From a virus (Duplodnaviria; Caudoviricetes): a stretch of DNA of 32,284 nt. Numbering within the stretch: the first letter of the stretch is position 1; every line of letters begins with the position of its first letter. This document shows, one piece after another, positions 25,742 through 32,284 of the stretch. The stretch lies in IMG/VR virus record IMGVR_UViG_3300025652_000290, positions 1 to 32,284 of that record. The stretch is one strand, 5' to 3'. The translations under genes and the position numbers were made by a program. The notes under the pieces were generated by a model. That model had not been told where the DNA came from. It worked only from the letters and a program-made list of their open reading frames with translations, and searched no databases.

Positions 25742-26077
25742 TTATGGTCTCCCAGATCCATTGATCCTGCCAGAAATAAAACTTATTTTATCGCTCAAAT
25801 CATCTATTTCTTTCATTAGTGTTTCAAATCGTCTGGATGCAGACTCATTTTGTGTTTCGCTTATCCTGGTAGACTTATCAACTAATTTCAATATAATTGA
25901 TTGGCTATTGCTTATAACTTCACTCATTGCACTTATGTTCTCTCGTATTGCTTCTAACTCACCATCCTGGGCTTTCTGACTTTTAACCAGGTTGATTAAC
26001 ATATACCCCAGGAAAACAACACAAAACCCTGTAGCCCCAAGTGTCATATAACTTTCTATTAGTAATTGTGGATCCAT
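25742..26077 (-). CDS. Putative holin (BhlA-like: N-terminal TM plus coiled coil)
   Basis: TM segment LGATGFCVVFLGYMLINLV followed by a coiled coil; lies in the lysis cassette. Confidence 0.5.
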   Translation of the reverse strand: MDPQLLIESYMTLGATGFCVVFLGYMLINLVKSQKAQDGELEAIRENISAMSEVISNSQSIILKLVDKSTRISETQNESASRRFETLMKEIDDLSDKISFISGRINGSGRP

Positions 26078-26295
26078 TATTTACTTTTCCTTACCATTTC
26101 CCACTGACTGTGTGTAAAACACCAATTATCAAAATCAACATTAATTTGATCTGCATAAAAATGGCTTGTAGAGTCCTCATCGATAATTTCTACATATGAA
26201 TACATATTTGAATCCTCATGAAAACTTCCTACAGACCAACCATTAGAACAGCCACTAATAACAAAAACTAAAAATACCTGGGCTAATCTTCCCAC
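26077..26295 (-). CDS. Small lipoprotein (72 aa)
   Basis: Signal peptide with lipobox VISG-C. Confidence 0.6.
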   Translation of the reverse strand: MGRLAQVFLVFVISGCSNGWSVGSFHEDSNMYSYVEIIDEDSTSHFYADQINVDFDNWCFTHSQWEMVRKSK

Positions 26296-26804
26296 TTATC
26301 AGATCCTGCTATGTACGCTTTAACTTCTTCATTTGTATATGCCTCAACTCCACTTGGTAATGCATTTAATTCTGCTAATGTCCAATCACCTTTAATTACA
26401 AACTCGGAATCATCTGCACTAATTCTTTGAGCAAAATACTTTGGATGTCTGGCAATAAGATCGGATACTTTTGCTCCGTGATCTGTAGTCTCATCAACCA
26501 CCTCTGCCATGTAAGTATAAGACTCACTTACTGCTGGATGTCCATTCTCTAAAATATGCTCTCCTATGGCGTGAATTAAGTCTGCCTTTGTTCCACTTCC
26601 ACTTATAGAATGTGTGGTCATAAAGGACTGAATATCAGTTTTTAAATCATCTTCTGTTGGTAGTTCTACCATTACATCACGAGTACCAGTTCTTTCTACT
26701 TCTTTATAGGTGAATGTTTGCCAATCGTAACGATCTGTAATGCGTAAACCTAAACCTTGCTCTGTGTTTGGTATTTTTAAATAATGTGTATATTGACCTT
26801 TCAT
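26283..26804 (-). CDS. Fibre-associated protein with SAP/HeH-like motif (173 aa)
   Basis: Follows the LamG fibre; contains LK.DI..FM....I..SGTKADLI..I. Confidence 0.5.
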   Translation of the reverse strand: MKGQYTHYLKIPNTEQGLGLRITDRYDWQTFTYKEVERTGTRDVMVELPTEDDLKTDIQSFMTTHSISGSGTKADLIHAIGEHILENGHPAVSESYTYMAEVVDETTDHGAKVSDLIARHPKYFAQRISADDSEFVIKGDWTLAELNALPSGVEAYTNEEVKAYIAGSDKWED

Positions 26805-26812
26805 ATTAATCC

Positions 26813-29800
26813 TTAATTGCTATGTGCTGATTTTCCATTGTTGTAATTCTTTAAGACTTCTGTTGCTGATAGTGCTTTACCTTTATAAATCCTCACCTCA
26901 TCTATGCTTCCATTAAAAAACAAGGAATCTCCATTTGGTGCATCTGCACCTATAAATAACGTAGAAACTGAATTAAGTGAACCATTTTTTGCAGATATAT
27001 CATCAGTATCATCTAAAGCACCATCCAGATAAAATTTAGCATTTGCACTCCTATCTGCTGATACAATTACATGATGCCAATTACCATCATTAACAGCTGT
27101 ATTTCCACTAAAGCCAGAATTGCCAGAACCATCATTAAGTTCAAGATTTATTTTTTCAGAAGTATTTACACTTAAAGTAAATCCACTTGAGGCATCTCTT
27201 TTATCCATTATCCTTAAATAACCTTGCGATGTTGTTTTAAGCCAACATTCCAAAGTAAAATCAGATGTTCCAAGGTCTAAAGACTCTGAATCCTGTACTG
27301 ATATATACTCTGCACCTTTGAATCTGATACCACTTGATATTGAGTCTGTGTCTGTTAGGTAGTAGCCTTGTGAATCTCTGCCTTCATTAAGTCCTTCTGG
27401 AACTATGATTGATGCTGGATCACCATCTACTGTACCATTGTTAGAGTTTGTACTTCTATCTGTCCAAGTAGTAACACCATCATTTCTCCAGTATCCTACT
27501 AAATCGCTTGAACTTGCATAGTTACCACTATCAGTTGTTGTTAGTAAAGGTAGTCCAGAGTTGTATAAGGCTGTGATTTCATTGGCTGTTAAAGCTGAAC
27601 TCCAAATAGCTACATCGTTCATCATACCAGTAAAAGCACTATTAAACACACTATCGCCATCATTTCTATTAATACCTATATATAACCTTCTTGCTACTTG
27701 AGATATTGTTCCACTACCAGAATCAGTTGAATCTAAACTTCCATCAATATATATTTTAAAAGTAGAATTATCATAGGATAACGCTATGTGATGCCATGCT
27801 CCATTATGTACTGCATTGGTTGAAGTATGGTCATAAACTGTTGCACCAGAACTATTACCTTGATAGCTTCTTATTTTACCATCACTTGTAAGAGATGTAA
27901 AAAATTGATTATTAAGCATAACACCAGATGAATTATGCTTTAATTCTAATATAGTAGAAGATGCAGTTGAAGTTTTAATCCAGTAAGAAAAAGTGTAGGT
28001 ATTCCCAACCCAAGTAGCATCAGTATTATTTAATACATAATCATTACTACCATCAAACACCATAGGATTATTACTTCTTACTAATGGATGTTGAAAGCCA
28101 TACTCTTGTCCAGTTGCCCAAGTGATTCCACTTCCTGTACCATGATTCTGATTACCAGAGCCATCTAATATTGCAACTCCAGAACCTTCTTGCATTGGCA
28201 TATCTAACTTTAATGCTGATGAAGCTATGCCAGTAGGTAAGGTTAATTCTGGCTTTGTGTATAACTCTCTTACTTGATCTTGAGTTAAAGCTTCGGAGAA
28301 GACTTGCACATGAGACATAGAGCCTGTAAATGGTTGAGTTGCAAAACCACCCCCAGTTCCACCTAATTTTAATTGTTTGTCTACTCCTATAGTTACATCA
28401 TCCCAAGTTAAGCTATTTGATCCAATACTTTGACCATCTAAAAATATTTGTGAACTATCCCCATCTGATACAACTGCAATATGATGCCACTTACCTAATG
28501 TTATAGTGGAGTCTGTAAGCCACGATCTCAATGATCCATCATAATAAAAATATTGTATTTTTTTATTTACATCTAATTGAATAGCCCAATAAAGATTAGC
28601 ATATCCAATTAAAGTATCCTTATTGTAAACATTACTACCATGACTTGAAATGCTTGTTGCTTTAAACCACATTGAAATAGTTTTAGGTTTTTGCCATTCA
28701 ACACTATTAACTATATTAACATAATCATTCGTACCATCAAAGCTAACTGCATTCCCACCATAGACTTCTCCATAGTTTAATGGATCAGCTACACCACTTG
28801 GTGAGTTTGTGTATCCTGTGTTTGTGGTAGCACCATAGATAGAACCTTCGTTATCTCCTTGTGCATCTGGTGCTTGTATTTCTTTTACAACTACATTATC
28901 TATTGATCCAGTAAATGATGTTGTTGCTTCAAAGAAAAAGTTAGCACCACTACCACTTCCAAATAGTTCAACTTCAATAGAAGAATTAGCATTATAATAT
29001 CCACTTACTCCTTCACCTGTAGCAGAACTACCAGTTCGTACTCTTACACTTCCAGCAGAGTAATTAGATAAATCAAAAGTGATTTTATATTTTCTACCAA
29101 CTTCTATTCCTATGTCTTGAAATAAAAATGATGCACCACTTTGTGATCCATCACAACTTGCAAGACCATTAGCAATACTCCATCCTGTGTTTTTTGTCCA
29201 ATTACTATCAGTAGCAAAATCACCATTTGTTACTAAATCATTACCTAACTCTGTACTCCCAAGATCATACCAGCTTACAAGGTTTGTCTTTAATGCACTT
29301 GTTAATGTGCTATACGAAGAGAACATAATATCTTGTATTTCACTTTGGGTTTTTACATCCGAATAAATAGCTACATTTGCTATAGAGCCTTCAAAATATT
29401 CACCACCCGGTTGTCTACCTATCTCCCCTGTTGTTCCAGTAAAGCTATTAATTGTATTTGTGCCACTACCATCAAGAGAGCCATTTAAATAAATTTTAGC
29501 ACTACCATCTGAAACATCTACAGTAACAGAGGCATGATACCATACACCAGCAGATAATACTGTTGAACCAGCAATATTACTTCCATAGGTACTGCTATAT
29601 ACTTTGTATCCACCAGAACCACCATTCCATATTAATAAACTTCTTCTTTCACCAGTAGCTTGATCACCCCAATTAACTACTATTGAAGTTTGAGCAACAT
29701 CTAACTTAAACCATGCTGAAATAGTGTAGTTACCAGATTCTTGGAAAGGAAAAGATATATAATCATCACTTCCATCAAAAGAGGTACTCCCACTTGCTAA

Positions 29801-30580
29801 TGCTACTGCACCTTTTGGTGTGGCTTTATCTTGGATTCTTGGTAAGAAAGGAGAACTGGCAGAATAGGCATCTGTTAAGAAGGTTGCACCATTATTTGTA
29901 CCATTATTTGTTCCTGTACTATCATTAGCATCTGCACTTAAATTATACCAGCTAACCAGATTGGTTAATTCAGTACCTTTTAAATCTGCATATTGTCCTT
30001 TCCAGTAGATAGATTCTATTTCAGATAAAGACAAAGCACGATTCCAGATGCCGACATTTGCTATAGAGCCATTAAAATATGCAACATCACTATAGCTTTG
30101 TTTTCCAAACAGTAAATTTTGAGAAACAGAAACAGTTTGAGATGTAGAGGCAGAGGCTACTAAAGAACCATTTAAATATAGCTTTTGAGTAGTACCATCA
30201 TAAGTACAAGCTATATGATGCCAAGTATTTAAACTTGGATTTGATACAGTTATATCACTTGAATTTAATTGATAGGTAAGGTTACTATCATATAAAAACC
30301 GAATACCATCATCATTTGCATCTCTATTATCAAAAACTACTCCACCTGTGGCTGATGCATTTACCCAGGCAGATATAGTATGATTTGTATTACTGAATGC
30401 TGTTCCTGTATTTATATAATCATCACTTCCATCAAAAGAGGTAGCACCAGATAGTAGTAGTTCTGGCTGTGATTCGTTAAAGGTTTCAGTGAATCGGTAA
30501 TATAACTTTAAACCATCTCTGATAAATGATTTTGATACCCTTCTTATAGCCGATATGGCTGTAGAAACACCTATAAACAT
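26813..30580 (-). CDS. Fibre/adhesin with five LamG (concanavalin-A-like) domains and one CBM-like domain, 1255 aa
   Basis: Five repeats of [ST]FDG..DY...T.S.W...WHH......Y.[ND]G.L...F.G.I..V.I[WY]..AL; LVTNGDFATDSNW marks a carbohydrate-binding-like module. Confidence 0.85.
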   Translation of the reverse strand: MFIGVSTAISAIRRVSKSFIRDGLKLYYRFTETFNESQPELLLSGATSFDGSDDYINTGTAFSNTNHTISAWVNASATGGVVFDNRDANDDGIRFLYDSNLTYQLNSSDITVSNPSLNTWHHIACTYDGTTQKLYLNGSLVASASTSQTVSVSQNLLFGKQSYSDVAYFNGSIANVGIWNRALSLSEIESIYWKGQYADLKGTELTNLVSWYNLSADANDSTGTNNGTNNGATFLTDAYSASSPFLPRIQDKATPKGAVALASGSTSFDGSDDYISFPFQESGNYTISAWFKLDVAQTSIVVNWGDQATGERRSLLIWNGGSGGYKVYSSTYGSNIAGSTVLSAGVWYHASVTVDVSDGSAKIYLNGSLDGSGTNTINSFTGTTGEIGRQPGGEYFEGSIANVAIYSDVKTQSEIQDIMFSSYSTLTSALKTNLVSWYDLGSTELGNDLVTNGDFATDSNWTKNTGWSIANGLASCDGSQSGASFLFQDIGIEVGRKYKITFDLSNYSAGSVRVRTGSSATGEGVSGYYNANSSIEVELFGSGSGANFFFEATTSFTGSIDNVVVKEIQAPDAQGDNEGSIYGATTNTGYTNSPSGVADPLNYGEVYGGNAVSFDGTNDYVNIVNSVEWQKPKTISMWFKATSISSHGSNVYNKDTLIGYANLYWAIQLDVNKKIQYFYYDGSLRSWLTDSTITLGKWHHIAVVSDGDSSQIFLDGQSIGSNSLTWDDVTIGVDKQLKLGGTGGGFATQPFTGSMSHVQVFSEALTQDQVRELYTKPELTLPTGIASSALKLDMPMQEGSGVAILDGSGNQNHGTGSGITWATGQEYGFQHPLVRSNNPMVFDGSNDYVLNNTDATWVGNTYTFSYWIKTSTASSTILELKHNSSGVMLNNQFFTSLTSDGKIRSYQGNSSGATVYDHTSTNAVHNGAWHHIALSYDNSTFKIYIDGSLDSTDSGSGTISQVARRLYIGINRNDGDSVFNSAFTGMMNDVAIWSSALTANEITALYNSGLPLLTTTDSGNYASSSDLVGYWRNDGVTTWTDRSTNSNNGTVDGDPASIIVPEGLNEGRDSQGYYLTDTDSISSGIRFKGAEYISVQDSESLDLGTSDFTLECWLKTTSQGYLRIMDKRDASSGFTLSVNTSEKINLELNDGSGNSGFSGNTAVNDGNWHHVIVSADRSANAKFYLDGALDDTDDISAKNGSLNSVSTLFIGADAPNGDSLFFNGSIDEVRIYKGKALSATEVLKNYNNGKSAHSN

Positions 30581-30593
30581 TTGGTATCCCTAC

Positions 30594-30860
30594 TTAATAT
30601 AAAAATAAAACATCACCAGCAGAAACAGCCGATGATAAACCAGAATTAGTAGCTACTTTGGTTGGTCTTATTGGGAGAATGCTTCCTTCCTGGCAGTTCT
30701 TAAATTGTACTGCACTACCATTCATTTCAAAATAATATGAACCTGTAGTACCAATGTAAACTGCTTTCGGTTGATTTTGTGCAGAAGTTGCAGAAATGCT
30801 AACTGCCTTATCGACAGATCCAAGTCCCTTGACTACGGCTATTGCTGATCCTGTTGCCAT
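30594..30860 (-). CDS. Head-spike base protein (RcGTA Rcc01079-like), 88 aa
   Basis: AVYIGTTG......G..V.F.N...GSILPIRP.KV...V..LY pattern; directly upstream of the fibre gene. Confidence 0.65.
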   Translation of the reverse strand: MATGSAIAVVKGLGSVDKAVSISATSAQNQPKAVYIGTTGSYYFEMNGSAVQFKNCQEGSILPIRPTKVATNSGLSSAVSAGDVLFLY

Positions 30861-30882
30861 TTTCTTTCCTTACTGTGGGGAC

Positions 30883-30918
30883 AAAAAAAGCCCCAGGTGA
30901 ATTAAATGTCCCAGGGCT
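30883..30918 (-). terminator. Intrinsic terminator between the ejection gene and the spike-base gene
   Basis: Minus strand AGCCCTGGG-N12-CCTGGGGC followed by T7. Confidence 0.7.
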
Positions 30919-30971
30919 AATAGGAGGATCTAAATTTATTAAATGTTCACTATTTGTTCATACCACTTTTT

Positions 30972-32284
30972 TTAATCAAGGTATACTGGATTACCTATTT
31001 TAGGTTTCTTCTTTTTCTTTTTCTTTTTCTTTTTCTCCATAGGAAAACCTAAACCTTTAAGGGTTTTATCTTTTAATGATAGGTCTGTTTCTTCCGTTAA
31101 TACCTCAATTGTGTTTTCTATTGCTCGTTTTGGTCCACTGTAAGGAACTCCAAATACTTTAGAGAAACCAGATACAAATGTATCTATAATAAAAAACAAT
31201 TTTTTTGCATTAAACTCTTTACCATTAAATGTTTTTTGCACACTTTTCCCAAAATCTGTAAATGGATCAAGAATAGAAACAGGTCCCATTGGATAGGCTA
31301 AATTATAGATAGATTTAATAACATGTTCAACGCCTTTACCAAAAAACAATAACCCAGAAAATGGAAATAGTAGTATTGATACAGCTTGATCTTTATCATC
31401 CCATTTAAAACCATTAGATATAAACTGAAATAAGGTTGGTAATAAAAATTGACCTACAAAAATTCTTCTTAAATTTTCTGATTTGTCTCCACGACCAGCA
31501 AAAAAATTTCTATACCCACCAATAACCATTCGATAGTATTGATTAGGTGATGTCATAAACATAGTAAATAATTTTGCCAGTGAACCTCTTCTTTGAAAAT
31601 CTGCTAAATCTTCTACATTACTTGCTTGTTGTGATCGCAGACTTGCTTCTTCAAATTTTTTCATAGCTATTTGCTTTGCATTCTCTATTGACTTGCCATC
31701 TTTTACAGCTTTTTTATAATGGTATTTATATACAGCCCACCCACCTAAAAAAATCGCCTGTTTATCTCCCATTTTTGTAAAAGCATAAGCAAAGGTGTTA
31801 ACAAAATCGGTTCCACTAATTAATTTACCTGGTTTTTGGTTTTGTAATGCTGTTACCATATCACGCTCAAACCCCTGGTCGTATCTCATTTCTACCATTT
31901 TGCTTTTTGATAGCGTTCTGTACATTCTTTTAAATTCAAGTGGATTAAATACTTTAGCAAATTCTGTTGCCCAATCTAATGCTGGAATATCTGCAATATA
32001 CGCTGGTATAGAGGCTAACTGTTTGGCGTAAACAACTGGATTTATACCAATGACAGATCTGCTAAAATTGGCTCTTAACTTATCCATCCATTCTAAATTT
32101 TGAGCCCTATCTACTCCTCCTCTGGCAATGTCATCCATAAACTTATTTAGCACTTGACTTATACCAGATCCATGAAAATCTGCAATAGACTTTGATATAT
32201 TTCGATTCATAAATACAGATCTCATTTCTCTCATTACATCTGTATAATGTATAAAGTGTTCCATTTCTGTAATATGTTTCATTA
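30972..32284 (-). CDS. C-terminal part of a large ejection / polyvalent protein, 5'-truncated by the window
   Basis: Frame is open to the right end; A...F......SQQ...LF.MF.T.P..Y pattern seen in giant virion-protein C-termini; hydrophobic segments and a poly-Lys tail. Confidence 0.7.
   Translation of the reverse strand, partial: MKHITEMEHFIHYTDVMREMRSVFMNRNISKSIADFHGSGISQVLNKFMDDIARGGVDRAQNLEWMDKLRANFSRSVIGINPVVYAKQLASIPAYIADIPALDWATEFAKVFNPLEFKRMYRTLSKSKMVEMRYDQGFERDMVTALQNQKPGKLISGTDFVNTFAYAFTKMGDKQAIFLGGWAVYKYHYKKAVKDGKSIENAKQIAMKKFEEASLRSQQASNVEDLADFQRRGSLAKLFTMFMTSPNQYYRMVIGGYRNFFAGRGDKSENLRRIFVGQFLLPTLFQFISNGFKWDDKDQAVSILLFPFSGLLFFGKGVEHVIKSIYNLAYPMGPVSILDPFTDFGKSVQKTFNGKEFNAKKLFFIIDTFVSGFSKVFGVPYSGPKRAIENTIEVLTEETDLSLKDKTLKGLGFPMEKKKKKKKKKKPKIGNPVYLD

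Noticed and set aside
26813-30580. Diversity-generating retroelement target or template repeats
   Set aside because: No reverse transcriptase in the window; repeats are short and exact rather than ~100-bp copies differing at adenines.
32281-32284. Exact circular closure of the window
   Set aside because: No terminal repeat seen, and joining 1 to 32284 puts the two large ORF fragments out of frame.
1-32284. Alternative genetic code (stop-codon reassignment)
   Set aside because: Genes are full-length and tightly coupled under the standard bacterial code, and TAA, TGA and TAG all appear as real stops.

Overview
The window looks like most of the genome of a temperate, AT-rich tailed phage with podovirus-type (P22/SU10-like) virion genes. 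Almost all genes are on the minus strand. In transcription order these are: excisionase/Cox-like HTH, YqaJ exonuclease, Sak/Rad52-like annealing protein, DUF1599, RusA, PD-(D/E)XK nuclease, replication initiator with internal iterons, TerS, TerL, portal, 2OG-Fe(II) oxygenase, scaffold, major capsid, adaptor, a very large nozzle and ejection proteins. After the window break come a head-spike base, a 5xLamG fibre and a lysis cassette ending in a GH108 endolysin. Only the repressor and the tyrosine integrase are on the plus strand. An intact attP (3' half of tRNA-Arg(ACG), arm repeats, terminator) lies between the integrase and the endolysin, so this is the excised or virion form rather than an integrated prophage. 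Both window ends break inside what is probably one giant ejection-protein gene. The most interesting candidate system is the lysogeny switch: a CI-type HTH repressor with no autocleavage peptidase but an apparent C-terminal PAS-like sensor domain, plus a strong internal ribosome-binding site that could give an HTH-less isoform. Other signals are a structured RNA-like element in the early operon, a DUF2292-like micro-ORF next to a terminator upstream of the capsid genes, a G-quadruplex motif in attP, strong CCWGG/GATC enrichment that is missing from the fibre module, and several unannotated micro-ORFs. All family calls are by-eye motif recognition and all counts are manual; no searches were run.
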